A DNA stretch of 51,707 nucleotides from a virus (Duplodnaviria > Heunggongvirae > Uroviricota > Caudoviricetes): positions 73,293 through 124,999 of the IMG/VR virus record IMGVR_UViG_3300032144_000001. One strand, given 5' to 3'. A program made the translations under genes and the position numbers. A model generated the notes under the pieces. It was given only the letters and a program-made list of their open reading frames with translations, did not search any database and was not told the DNA's origin. This document shows positions 37,658 to 47,840 of this stretch, one piece after another (the first letter of the stretch is position 1; each line of letters opens with the position of its first letter).

Positions 37658-38110
37658 TTATGGATGAATTTTACCCTTGAAGAAGCGACCACTTATGTTA
37701 CCATTCCAGCAATCATCCCTAAAAAGAACATTGTTTTGTACCAAAGTTACCATTTCCCAGTATGCTAAACTAGCTTTATCTTTACAAAGCTTTAGAATCT
37801 TTCTTGTAGCATTTTTTCTACAACCTCCATTCCATTCTTGATCTTTTTGATCAAGATAATCTATAAAAGCTTTTGAAGAACCCCAGTACTCAAGCCATCC
37901 TGAATCTTGCTTAATTCTCTCAATTCTCTTTCTAGTTCCAGATTCTTTTCTGGCTTTTTTAGATAAAACCTTCTTTTTACTATGTTCAAAAGCTTTTTTA
38001 CCTATATAAAAACTACCATCCGATAAGGTTATTTTATAAATAAACCCATAATAACCCTGAGGGATTTCCTCTAAACAATTTCCCTCAGGGGTCAGCCAAC
38101 AATTATCCAT
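37658..38110 (-). CDS. GIY-YIG nuclease (Seg-like)
   Basis: GFIYKITL..GSFYIGKK, YWGSS. Confidence 0.8.
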   Translation of the reverse strand: MDNCWLTPEGNCLEEIPQGYYGFIYKITLSDGSFYIGKKAFEHSKKKVLSKKARKESGTRKRIERIKQDSGWLEYWGSSKAFIDYLDQKDQEWNGGCRKNATRKILKLCKDKASLAYWEMVTLVQNNVLFRDDCWNGNISGRFFKGKIHP

Positions 38111-39555
38111 TATTCTACGATAATTACTCTTTTACTTAAAGTTTCCTTCATTTCTTCCAAAGAAGTAATAATAGTATTTATCTGCTTACCTGTAATAGTA
38201 GGCAAGGTAAAAGTATGTCTTTTCACTTCTTGTGCAAAACTAGTTTGTACATGTTCTTGAAGATTACTAAGACATTTTTCTTCAAATATATCACCTAATT
38301 CAGATACATCAAAATCTGGATCATCCAGTATATACTTCTCATTTTCAGGAAGAGTGGCTGCAAAGAACCATCTACAAGTTCTTAGTTTACCAACTTCTCC
38401 AATTGGTACAGCTAATACATCCATTGGATTAATAATCATTAGAATAGGAGTATCTCCAAATCCACTATAATCATACTTTTTACTAGCTGCATGAAATCCA
38501 TAAGAGCAAGATTGAGTATTGTCATCAGATCCTTCATTTCTAGGCATAGAGATAACTTCACCAATTCTATAATCATAACTTTTGGTACGATCATCAGTAT
38601 AATGCTTATCTTGTATATTAGGAAGATTTAAATAAAGTTCCTCTAAATTACCAATTAATGTATTAATTCCATCTTCTTTGGATATTGTACTGAATGAAAA
38701 ATTACCATTATCTTGTTTCCATACATAATAATTAGATGGTTTCTTTTTCCACACAGCCTTAATTTTAGTATAAATGTTTGAAATAAATTCAATATAAGTC
38801 TTGTTTTCATCCATTACTTTACTAACAACTCTTCTATAAGCATAGAAATTACCATGATTGTCAATTTTAAAGTTATGATGAGTTAGAAATCCATATAAAT
38901 CCTCAGCACTTTGAGCATTTGGATTTAAACAACATTTTAACCAAAACTTCTTAAGTGCTTGATATTCATCATATTCTTTAAGAAAATGTTCGATATCTCC
39001 AGCAACATTCTTTCTCCATTTAACAACTATTTCGGCAAGCTTTTCAATCAAAAGTTTAGGTAATGATCTATCTATACCTTTAAAGTACAAAGAACCTTCT
39101 TTTACTTCAAATTCTTCTTCAATTTCACCCAATGTAGAGATAGAATCATTAATTTCCAAGAATTTTTCAACTTCTTTTTCAAACTTTTGCTTTTCATTAA
39201 CAAGTTCTTTACCCATACAAATTGCTAAAAGTTGATCTTCTGAGAAACTATTTCTTACTTTCTCAAAATCATCAAGTGTAGAATTTGGTTTAGAAACTAC
39301 ATTTCCATCTTTTAATACTACTGTAAGTACATCATTAACTAATTTAACTTTTTTATAAGGTTTTTCAGTCATCATAGTGATATTAGTAGTACTAACATAC
39401 TGATTTTCAGACTTTGGAAAGTCATCCATAAGAATATCCAGATCCTTTTGTAAGATCTGGTTCTTTAACTTTTGCTCTTCTATTTGGAGATTTTCAAGCT
39501 CCTTTTTCTTTTCGGACTTAAAGAAGTCCAGACTAAATAAACTAAATAAGCTCAT
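38110..39555 (-). CDS. rIIB: rIIB-like protein
   Basis: Follows rIIA; CSYGFHAAS...INPMDVLAVP...KLRTCRW. Confidence 0.8.
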   Translation of the reverse strand: MSLFSLFSLDFFKSEKKKELENLQIEEQKLKNQILQKDLDILMDDFPKSENQYVSTTNITMMTEKPYKKVKLVNDVLTVVLKDGNVVSKPNSTLDDFEKVRNSFSEDQLLAICMGKELVNEKQKFEKEVEKFLEINDSISTLGEIEEEFEVKEGSLYFKGIDRSLPKLLIEKLAEIVVKWRKNVAGDIEHFLKEYDEYQALKKFWLKCCLNPNAQSAEDLYGFLTHHNFKIDNHGNFYAYRRVVSKVMDENKTYIEFISNIYTKIKAVWKKKPSNYYVWKQDNGNFSFSTISKEDGINTLIGNLEELYLNLPNIQDKHYTDDRTKSYDYRIGEVISMPRNEGSDDNTQSCSYGFHAASKKYDYSGFGDTPILMIINPMDVLAVPIGEVGKLRTCRWFFAATLPENEKYILDDPDFDVSELGDIFEEKCLSNLQEHVQTSFAQEVKRHTFTLPTITGKQINTIITSLEEMKETLSKRVIIVE

Positions 39556-41857
39556 TCTCTAATTCATTAATTGTTATTTCTTCTTTTACTTCCTCGTTTA
39601 TAGGTAAATTATAATTACCCCAGTTAACTCTATGTTTATAATACTTAAACAAATCACATATAGCATCTGTATAACCTTTTCTTTCTTCGTAATATCTAGG
39701 ACAATGTTCTAAAATATTATTAAGAAATTTAAGCTTCTCAAGTACATTTTTAACTTCCTTATATATATCATATATGGAAGTATCAAATAAATTCTTACTT
39801 TCAGCTACTTCCAACATAGCTTTATAAATATCACCACTTCCATTTAAGAAATGATCATTTTTGTAAGATTCTAATTTGTGAAGCTTATCTGCTAAATCAC
39901 TTGACACATTTTCTATAGTTCCAATTCTACTAAAACAATGAATTTGTTCATTAATTAGATTATTTATGAGATAAGCTGTTACTATCCTTTTAAAAATTAT
40001 ATGTTCTCCTTTTTCAAATTCATCCATATTCATCCAATTATGAATTTTTACATCTTTTAATAGTTTAATCTCTCTTCCAGAGAATGTGACAAATCTAACC
40101 TTTTTCTTTGAAACTATAGTATAATACTTCTGAATTTTATCCTCATTATCATGAGTAGTATAAATAGTAAAATAAGGCTGCTTATAAGCTTCATCCAGCT
40201 TAAAATTAGTAGATTCAAACTTACATTCTTTTCCAGATACATATCTCTCCAGAGAACAAGCTAATTTACCTACAACTTCTCCAACTGTTTTTCTTCTCTT
40301 GCTTTCAGCTAAGACTACCTCTTTTTGACTTAATCTTAAAGATTTCTGTTCATCTAACCATTCTTGAGGAATTTCTAGTTTATCCAGATCAATAAAGGTA
40401 TCAGTTACTAGTTTTTGAATGAGTTGCCATTCTCTAATTCTCTGCCTCCATTGTGATTTAGGATGATTATATAACTCTAAAAGTTTCCAGTAACCAAATC
40501 CTGATTGATTATATCTTGTACTTGGAGCATTACCTAATTTGAAACTTTTTTCTTTCTTTACAATATCCCTAGTATTATAATCCCATATAGATCTCAAATA
40601 ATCCTGCTTCTTTTTAGGAAGGATATCAGATATTATATAAGTTCTTTTGTTTTCAGCTTTATTCCATCCAAAAGATTTCTTCCAGGTAGCTTTATCCATA
40701 TTTGAGAATCTACCAGAATAATATTCATATTTACGTGAATATTCACCTACTAGGTGATCTTTCTTAATAAATACATCTTTAAGATTTAGTAATTCTACAC
40801 CTTCAATTTTAGGTTCAGCTATCTTAATTTTACTATACTTAAGAAGATCATCTATACGCAGTTTATTACCTTTTTCATGTAAAGCATCTACATATCTTTC
40901 AGAGTACCTATAATAATTAGCTATTTCAAATACATCTTGTTTTTCAGTTATTTTGGTATTAAATTTCTCAACAAAATATTCTGCCACTAGAGCTATTTTT
41001 TTCAGAATAATATCTTTGGATTCTTTTGTATATTTAATACTTTCCCTGTTTGGAAGTGGGTAGATACCATCAGTAAGTGAAAATCTTAATCCAACAGGAA
41101 CTCTAATAGCACTAACACCTAATTTAGCCCAGTCAATTGGATAATAAACATCATCTAGACATATATGAAGATTTTGATCTTCACACATAGAACTCCATTG
41201 AAAATGTTCACTTCTGTAGATATTAAAGTCATTACCTAATCCTCCCTGGAAGTAAACTCCTTGGAAATAAGCTAATTGTTCTTTCTGCTTATCTATAAAT
41301 TCACGATAATCATTATAATTTACAGGAACAATAACCTTAACACCATTTCTATCTTCAGTAGGAGATTCATCTAGCAGATCTATAGTAGACCCACCTTCTT
41401 CACCTTCTGATTGGATATATTTTCTCTTTATACCATCTTTTACAGCTATAAATTGAAATGATGATGTATATGATAATGGAGCCTTCCATCCTAATCCCAT
41501 CGCCCCAATTTGAGAAGAATCTCCCCTTTTGGTAGATTTCCCATATAGAGAAATAACATTAATTACAGTATCATGGTCTAATCCTAAACCATAATCCTGA
41601 ACTGAATACTCATAATTACCCTGTGGAGTTCTTTTTAAGTCAACTATTACAGGCTCATTATTACCAGTTTTACGCACAGAATCTATAGCATTTGATACTG
41701 TTTCTCTAACTGTTGATCCTATACCATCAGCATAAAATCCCTTAGTCATCATTCGCATTAGGAAATCTGCACTTTCTATATCTAACTTAGATTTAATAGT
41801 ATCTACACTATCTCCATCAGATATTACTAGGTTTTCTGTTTGTTTTTCAAGTATCAT
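39542..41857 (-). CDS. rIIA: rIIA-like protein (GHKL ATPase N-terminus)
   Basis: VRETVSNAIDS, DYGLGL, YGKSTKR...IGAMGLGWKAPLSY. Confidence 0.88.
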   Translation of the reverse strand: MILEKQTENLVISDGDSVDTIKSKLDIESADFLMRMMTKGFYADGIGSTVRETVSNAIDSVRKTGNNEPVIVDLKRTPQGNYEYSVQDYGLGLDHDTVINVISLYGKSTKRGDSSQIGAMGLGWKAPLSYTSSFQFIAVKDGIKRKYIQSEGEEGGSTIDLLDESPTEDRNGVKVIVPVNYNDYREFIDKQKEQLAYFQGVYFQGGLGNDFNIYRSEHFQWSSMCEDQNLHICLDDVYYPIDWAKLGVSAIRVPVGLRFSLTDGIYPLPNRESIKYTKESKDIILKKIALVAEYFVEKFNTKITEKQDVFEIANYYRYSERYVDALHEKGNKLRIDDLLKYSKIKIAEPKIEGVELLNLKDVFIKKDHLVGEYSRKYEYYSGRFSNMDKATWKKSFGWNKAENKRTYIISDILPKKKQDYLRSIWDYNTRDIVKKEKSFKLGNAPSTRYNQSGFGYWKLLELYNHPKSQWRQRIREWQLIQKLVTDTFIDLDKLEIPQEWLDEQKSLRLSQKEVVLAESKRRKTVGEVVGKLACSLERYVSGKECKFESTNFKLDEAYKQPYFTIYTTHDNEDKIQKYYTIVSKKKVRFVTFSGREIKLLKDVKIHNWMNMDEFEKGEHIIFKRIVTAYLINNLINEQIHCFSRIGTIENVSSDLADKLHKLESYKNDHFLNGSGDIYKAMLEVAESKNLFDTSIYDIYKEVKNVLEKLKFLNNILEHCPRYYEERKGYTDAICDLFKYYKHRVNWGNYNLPINEEVKEEITINELENELI

Positions 41858-42030
41858 TCTTCTTCTCTAATTAGTTCGTTTATAAAAGTTCTGGCGTTGA
41901 GAATAGCCTTTTCCTTCTCCATACCATCTTCAACATCTTTTAAACACATATCTTCTATTGAATCTAAATCAGCCTGATATTCAGGATAGATTAGTCTTAA
42001 TTCATTTATTTGATCTAAAAATTCTTTCAT
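41854..42030 (-). CDS. 58-aa acidic hypothetical protein MKEFLDQINE...LIREEE (not in ORF track)
   Basis: Hand-translated; ATGA overlap with rIIA. Confidence 0.7.
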   Translation of the reverse strand: MKEFLDQINELRLIYPEYQADLDSIEDMCLKDVEDGMEKEKAILNARTFINELIREEE

Positions 42031-42031
42031 A

Positions 42032-42400
42032 TTAAAAAGGACAATTTTGTTCTACTGGATTATTCCACTCTCTTAAATCTAAATTTTCTTTCTTAGTCAT
42101 CTTTTTAAGGTTTACTGCTCTATTATCTTTTCTATTTCTGTTGTTGTGATGGACTTCTAGACCCTCACAATCTCCTAAAAAAGCATAACCCACCATTCGA
42201 TGCACCCAAGAGTACCATTCTTTATTTTTTCCATACATTCGGCACCTAAGGTAACCTCCTTTGCCTATTTTTAAAGACATCTTCTTACCTTTAGAGTTGT
42301 ATATTGAACCGTCTGAACAGATAATACGTTCTGGATATTTATCTAAAGCTCTAAATTCCCATTCAGTTATCATTAAAAGGGTACTTTTTCGTTTAACCAA
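42032..42400 (-). CDS. HNH homing endonuclease
   Basis: VHRMVGYAF...EVHHNNRNRKDNRAVNL...KEN. Confidence 0.85.
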   Translation of the reverse strand: MVKRKSTLLMITEWEFRALDKYPERIICSDGSIYNSKGKKMSLKIGKGGYLRCRMYGKNKEWYSWVHRMVGYAFLGDCEGLEVHHNNRNRKDNRAVNLKKMTKKENLDLREWNNPVEQNCPF

Positions 42401-43122
42401 TCAACTTCAAATTCTTTACCATTATTCTGTCTAAGGATAGTATTTAATTTACTAAATATATTTTTGTGATCCCAAGCTCTATTCTCTCTAGCTGCAAAAG
42501 CCATGTGCTCTACTTTTAAGATAACTCCATGTGTTAAAGGTGTCATATATCTTTCATAATATTGAGCATCTTTCCCAATAAGCACAATAGGTATACCTGT
42601 ATAGGCCAAACATTCCTCTATAACATACTTGGTGAAAGGTTCCCATAACTCCTGATGTTTACCTGCTTTCATATACTCAGTTGTAAGACTAGAGTTTAAT
42701 AGCAAAACACCATCATTGGCCAAATAAGTCAAATCTGGATTCTTCTCATAAGTGAGATTTAGACCTTTATGTAAATCATCCTCTATTGCCTCATAGAATA
42801 ACTCTAAAGAAGGTTGTAACTTACCTGTTAGAGAGCAGCTTAAAGCTAATCCATCAGCAGCAGGTATACCATCTTTACCTATACTATGATAAGGACAATA
42901 TCCTAAAAGTACTGTTTTTATCTCATTTAGAGGTGTTTCCTTAAAAGCTCTAAAAGTATTAGAGGAATCAGGAACGATCCTTATTCCACGTTTTGACTCA
43001 AATTTCAAGTAATCATATATAGGATCGAATCCTCCATTCATAAAAAAAGGCTTGATTTTACAAGCCCATGTCCCAAATTGGGGTTCAAATTTACTCCAAT
43101 CTAATTTTGTTTGTATTGCCAT
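42373..43122 (-). CDS. ung: Uracil-DNA glycosylase family 1-like, with variant catalytic motifs
   Basis: VLLGYCPYH, ADGLALS, QPSL, GVLLLNSSLT, HQELWEPFT; motif B reads EHMAFAAR. Confidence 0.8.
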   Translation of the reverse strand: MAIQTKLDWSKFEPQFGTWACKIKPFFMNGGFDPIYDYLKFESKRGIRIVPDSSNTFRAFKETPLNEIKTVLLGYCPYHSIGKDGIPAADGLALSCSLTGKLQPSLELFYEAIEDDLHKGLNLTYEKNPDLTYLANDGVLLLNSSLTTEYMKAGKHQELWEPFTKYVIEECLAYTGIPIVLIGKDAQYYERYMTPLTHGVILKVEHMAFAARENRAWDHKNIFSKLNTILRQNNGKEFEVDWLNEKVPF

Positions 43123-43937
43123 TTATATCCTTTATGTTGTGTTCTTCCTTGTTTATTATTACATACTGCTGTAATACATGCCTGTGAATATCCTAATTCA
43201 TCTCTAACTTGAGATGCTCCTAACCACTCTCTAATAAAACCTCCTTCCATATCCATTTGAATTACTGGTTTATATCTAGCTAATTTCATATTATTTTTAT
43301 GTTCCAGACTACATTTTTTACCCTTTTTAGAAATACTCATCTTTTTCCTAGTTTCTTCAGAATGCCAAGATTTACCATTTGTTTTTCTACTATTAACTAT
43401 TTTAAATCTTATTTCTTCAGATATTAAATGTCCTTTTAATCTTTTAGATTGAGCTATTTTTTGGTCTTGTGTCCATTTTTTACCTGTATTAGAATAGGAC
43501 ATTTTACTTCTAGTTTCTTCAGAATGTTTTTTACCTCTCATACCTTTACCTGAATCTCTTTTTTTAAATTTTTCTGAATTTCTTAATGATTTAGATATTT
43601 TCTGTCTAGTTTCTTCTGGAAACTTACCTTTTAATTCAGTTCCAGTAGGTCTAATATTATACCCAAATTTAGGATTGTGAGTATTATGAAGTTTGCAGTA
43701 ATAATCTTCTCTAATTTTAGAGAGTTCTAATTCACAATATTCTAATAAAGTAAAAGAAAAGTTCTCTAAACCATACTTATTAAAAGCATTTTGTAAATAA
43801 GGATTTTCATGACAATTATTTACTAATCTACTCTTATGTTGATCTAATCTTTTCTTTACTTTATTAGTTTCTCCTATTAATTGTTTATTGTTAATTAAGC
43901 AAATTATGGAATAAATTCCAGGTTTATTTGTTAACAT
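43101..43937 (-). CDS. GIY-YIG homing endonuclease with NUMOD3 and NUMOD1 domains
   Basis: PGIYSI...QLIGET, HSEETR repeats, KPVIQMDMEG...CNNK...GYKWQY. Confidence 0.88.
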   Translation of the reverse strand: MLTNKPGIYSIICLINNKQLIGETNKVKKRLDQHKSRLVNNCHENPYLQNAFNKYGLENFSFTLLEYCELELSKIREDYYCKLHNTHNPKFGYNIRPTGTELKGKFPEETRQKISKSLRNSEKFKKRDSGKGMRGKKHSEETRSKMSYSNTGKKWTQDQKIAQSKRLKGHLISEEIRFKIVNSRKTNGKSWHSEETRKKMSISKKGKKCSLEHKNNMKLARYKPVIQMDMEGGFIREWLGASQVRDELGYSQACITAVCNNKQGRTQHKGYKWQYKQN

Positions 43938-43952
43938 AATTTATTTTTTAAA

Positions 43953-43984
43953 CAAAAATAAGATATAACACTGAAATTTCCAAA
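43953..43984 (-). promoter_or_regulatory. Promoter TTTG-N20-TATTTTTG
   Basis: -33 box 43981-43984, -7 box 43953-43960, ATG 15 nt downstream. Confidence 0.65.
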
Positions 43985-44038
43985 CTAATGTTTAAATTTA
44001 TTAAATCTCATGAAATTGATCTTTGAATTTATCCCAAA

Positions 44039-44422
44039 TCATTTTACAAGAGATTTATAAAGCTTAATAATTTGGCTATTTTTAATAATCTGACAACCCA
44101 CTTTAACTTGTCCATTCTGAACAATTGCTTCATAATCAGAATTTAGTCTAATAACACGTGGCTTGATTATTTTCAGTAATCTAGGCTTTCTATTGTAAAT
44201 TTTTAGATTCTCAATACTGTTATTTACTAAATTTTCTGTTTTTCCATCATTTACTTGCCAACTATATTTAAACTGAAATCTATCCTCACATCTACTTCCG
44301 TCTTGTACATTTTGACATAAATAAAATGTTCTGTCTTTAAGTTGAACTTTACCTATACATGATTTTCCATCAATTATTCCAGAGAACCATTTTCCTATAT
44401 CTTTTTTTGTTAAATTTTTCAT
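44039..44422 (-). CDS. Hypothetical protein
   Basis: 127-aa ORF. Confidence 0.65.
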   Translation of the reverse strand: MKNLTKKDIGKWFSGIIDGKSCIGKVQLKDRTFYLCQNVQDGSRCEDRFQFKYSWQVNDGKTENLVNNSIENLKIYNRKPRLLKIIKPRVIRLNSDYEAIVQNGQVKVGCQIIKNSQIIKLYKSLVK

Positions 44423-44424
44423 AA

Positions 44425-44721
44425 TTATTCTGTTAAAGTACCTAACTTCTTTGAAACTTCTAAATACTTATCAATCCTCTCAATTCTCTGATAAGATAGT
44501 TCATCTACACCTTCTCCAGGTTCATCTACTATACCTTCAGTAGTAATATATTGCCATACAGCCCAAATATCCATAAGTTCTTCTTCAAGTAACTCACTAT
44601 TTGTTTTGGTTTCTCTTGGACCTATAGAATCTTTACCAAATCTGAGATATTTAGAAGCAACTTTACTAACTTCAGCACATTCTTCTATTAGTTTTACTAA
44701 TAATAGTTCTTTTTTTGTCAT
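44425..44721 (-). CDS. MazG-like protein
   Basis: LIEECAEV...LEEELMDI. Confidence 0.7.
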   Translation of the reverse strand: MTKKELLLVKLIEECAEVSKVASKYLRFGKDSIGPRETKTNSELLEEELMDIWAVWQYITTEGIVDEPGEGVDELSYQRIERIDKYLEVSKKLGTLTE

Positions 44722-45758
44722 GTTATATTCTCTCCTGGAATTGTTTTTCTGTATTGAATAAAACCTTTAAAGTTACCAGATACACCTCTTAGATGCTCTG
44801 GTAAATCATAACAAGGGTCATATTCATTAATATTCATAGCTCTACCACAATGTTCAAATGGACTGAGATGTTTTGAAGCCAATAACCTATCATGAAGTTT
44901 AATATCATTTTCATAGTTATCTGGTTTACCTTCTTCACCTACTACAGTATATGATACTCTTGCACATCTAGCTGTTGCTATTTTAATAGCAATTTGTAGC
45001 CCTTCTTCTCTTTTTATTTGTCTTCCAAACTGTTCATTAAGTTTTATATTGGTAATTCCATCTCCAAATGGTACATGCCATTCTCCAGCTTTAAGTTCTT
45101 TAGGAGTAGATTCATTATAAACATCCCACATAGCTTCTGCTAAAGCCATCATGTGAATTTCAGCTTGACCTTTGTTATCTCTTAGTTTCTCTAATATAGT
45201 TGCATTTTTTATAATTTCATTATTATCAGAATCACTAACAATATCTTTCCAACTTCTCCATAATCTATTCCCACTATGCCCAAATGATTTGTCTGCTTTA
45301 ATGGGAAGTTGAATGTTATATTGTGGACATCTTAAAGCAAAGAAATTCTCCCATTCTGTAGCAGTTACTATAACTGTATGATACATAAAGGGTTCTAACA
45401 ATCTATTGCAAAGTTGTTTAGTTATACCTACCTCATTTAGAATTTTTGCTGCTGTAACTGCCTCATTCTTAGCATTTAACCATTCATCTTTAATTGTATT
45501 TATATCTGGATTATTAAAATACTCATTTCCTTGCATCCCTTTATGGTCTTTTTGCCATGCAATAGGTATAAAAGGATTTTCTTCAACAGATTTAACCATC
45601 TTTTCAAATGGAATAGCTCTAGAAGAAGCACTATTTCTAGAAAACATTCTATGAGTATTAAACTCTGCTAGAATAAATCTAGGAAAGGTAACCACCATAG
45701 TTGTTAGGCGGTTACCAAATTCATTTTTACTATCTGCTACTACTTTTGCTTGAATCAT
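44718..45758 (-). CDS. thyX: Flavin-dependent thymidylate synthase
   Basis: EFNTHRMFSRNSASSRAIP, KQLCNRLLEPF, WENFFALR, ARCARVSY, HLSPFEH. Confidence 0.9.
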   Translation of the reverse strand: MIQAKVVADSKNEFGNRLTTMVVTFPRFILAEFNTHRMFSRNSASSRAIPFEKMVKSVEENPFIPIAWQKDHKGMQGNEYFNNPDINTIKDEWLNAKNEAVTAAKILNEVGITKQLCNRLLEPFMYHTVIVTATEWENFFALRCPQYNIQLPIKADKSFGHSGNRLWRSWKDIVSDSDNNEIIKNATILEKLRDNKGQAEIHMMALAEAMWDVYNESTPKELKAGEWHVPFGDGITNIKLNEQFGRQIKREEGLQIAIKIATARCARVSYTVVGEEGKPDNYENDIKLHDRLLASKHLSPFEHCGRAMNINEYDPCYDLPEHLRGVSGNFKGFIQYRKTIPGENIT

Positions 45759-46570
45759 ACTGTTGTATTAACCTCTTCAATTGATACTGTGTTGCTAAAT
45801 AATTCAGCCTGTGGATGACTACCAGGATCTGGTACTACAATTTGAGCTTTAGGAACAAGTATACCACTGCTATTTACAAAGAATTTATGAGCATCCATGT
45901 GATTTTGCATCCAGAGAGAAGGATGAATATCACGCATTCCTTGAGTTGTGAAGTTATAAAGTTCCCAAAGTGTATTTGGAGAATTATAATCATACTCAGG
46001 ACGAGCAATGTTATTCTTAATAATGTTTAATTGAGTAGAAGTAATAAAGTCGTTTTCAATAAACATTCGACCTATAAGCTCTGCTCTAGTTTGTTCAGAA
46101 AGCTCAATTTTCTTCATTTCTTCTCTTTCCTTCACCATTTGATTAAATACATCACCTGCACGTTTGATATATTCTGTAATAGCTGTAGGTACAAATGTTT
46201 GAATCTCACCCATGTGTTTTTTCTTAAAGTTACCTAATTCACCATGTACAGTACCATTACTACAAATAAATACTCTTGCTCCAATTGCAAATTTGGCACT
46301 TAGGCTCTTATCATAGCTATTTTGCCAGCCAATCTCCAAGCCCATTTCCTTATCTGCAATGTTCTTGATAGTATATCTGGCATTAGCAATTTTACCTTCT
46401 CTGGCCATACTATATTGTTCAGAATCTAATCTGAAACCAGCCTTCTCAATAGAATCATTAGTAAGCTCTATTAATTGTTGGTGACTAACTGGCTTATAAG
46501 TCCTAGTTAATTCTGGTACTGTAACTCCTAGCAGATCTTGTCTGCTACATTTATATGTTGGTTTATCCAT
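45755..46570 (-). CDS. DUF932/DUF945-like protein
   Basis: YKPVSH, NSYDKSLS, GARVFICSNG, TLWELYN. Confidence 0.7.
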   Translation of the reverse strand: MDKPTYKCSRQDLLGVTVPELTRTYKPVSHQQLIELTNDSIEKAGFRLDSEQYSMAREGKIANARYTIKNIADKEMGLEIGWQNSYDKSLSAKFAIGARVFICSNGTVHGELGNFKKKHMGEIQTFVPTAITEYIKRAGDVFNQMVKEREEMKKIELSEQTRAELIGRMFIENDFITSTQLNIIKNNIARPEYDYNSPNTLWELYNFTTQGMRDIHPSLWMQNHMDAHKFFVNSSGILVPKAQIVVPDPGSHPQAELFSNTVSIEEVNTTV

Positions 46571-46572
46571 AA

Positions 46573-46851
46573 TTATTTAATTTTCAATTTTAATATTGAT
46601 TGTTTATTTATTACTTGTTTAGTTTTATATTGACTATATCCTGTAGAAGCTACAAATCTACCTTTTTCTTTTAATTTTACATTTTTAGCAGCAGTTTCTA
46701 TACCTAGATTATAAGCTTGTTTTATAATGTTCATTATAATATTAGGTGAGAATTCTTTATTTACAGTTTCTCTTTCTTTATTTGAATATTCTTTAAAAGT
46801 AAGAAATCCAGGCCATACTTCATTGAATAAATCTTTTATCTTTTCTGTCAT
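46573..46851 (-). CDS. Hypothetical protein
   Basis: 92-aa ORF. Confidence 0.6.
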   Translation of the reverse strand: MTEKIKDLFNEVWPGFLTFKEYSNKERETVNKEFSPNIIMNIIKQAYNLGIETAAKNVKLKEKGRFVASTGYSQYKTKQVINKQSILKLKIK

Positions 46852-47834
46852 TTCAATCCTTTAAGTTTAAAATGTTCTTCTACTTTCTTTAATCCTTCTG
46901 TTTTAGCCCAACAAGCAAAATCATTACATTCTGGTAATAATCTATCTTCTGGATTAATATGTCTAAATCTAAAAGCTTGTGTTATCTGATAACTAGCTTT
47001 CTTACCTGGAGCATCAGAATCTCCTCCATAGAAGACATCTTTAGAATTAGATTTTACTCTATTAACAAACTCTTCAGAAAAAGCAGCTAATGATTCATTT
47101 TGTACTCCACAGGTATATTCATATATCTTTCGGCATACAAGGTAGTCTTTTTTACTCTTAGCTACTAGAGAATTATGATCTTTATTAAGATTTTCTTCTC
47201 CCCAAGACATACTTAAAGGTACATTAGATAACCATTTATCCCTTTTAGAAGCAAAGGGTTTATATAGCTTCCAATAACCATCATAAAAGTAACCAAACCT
47301 TAATTCTGTGTCTTTTAAAGGGAATTTCTTCTTATTAAGGAATAGAGTCTTTATAGAATATACATTGTTATTCCTAAGATCAGTAATATCCTGATAGTAA
47401 TCATTCCAATATTTAAGCTCTTCTTGGGTGAATTTCCTAGTAACCACCTGAATAAGTGTATTTCTTTTAGTTACTTCTGGTTGTTCATATTGGGAAATAG
47501 CCTTTTTATAGTCTTTTTGAACACCTCTAAAGCCTAAACCCATTTCAGCATCTATTCTTTCTAAAGTCTCATTTAAAGAAGATAGGTTATATATTTGTTT
47601 AACTAAAGAGAAACAATCACCTCTCCATAAAGGATCAGCAAAATCATAATGAGAAAGATGACCATACTTATTACCTATAATAAAAGATGGGTTATTATCC
47701 TTTCTAAAGGGGTTACATATTACACCATTTAGATCAAAATTACCTACAAAGTGCCTATATATATCAAATTCTGATACTTTTGATAATACAGCATCCATTG
47801 TTAAACCCTCTTTAAGCTTACCTTTAATTGGCAT
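46848..47834 (-). CDS. DNA primase (Toprim)
   Basis: NPFRKDNNPSF...YDF N-terminal domain; KSKKD, QNE, GGDSDAPG, NDFA. Confidence 0.85.
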   Translation of the reverse strand: MPIKGKLKEGLTMDAVLSKVSEFDIYRHFVGNFDLNGVICNPFRKDNNPSFIIGNKYGHLSHYDFADPLWRGDCFSLVKQIYNLSSLNETLERIDAEMGLGFRGVQKDYKKAISQYEQPEVTKRNTLIQVVTRKFTQEELKYWNDYYQDITDLRNNNVYSIKTLFLNKKKFPLKDTELRFGYFYDGYWKLYKPFASKRDKWLSNVPLSMSWGEENLNKDHNSLVAKSKKDYLVCRKIYEYTCGVQNESLAAFSEEFVNRVKSNSKDVFYGGDSDAPGKKASYQITQAFRFRHINPEDRLLPECNDFACWAKTEGLKKVEEHFKLKGLK

Positions 47835-47840
47835 TTTTTA

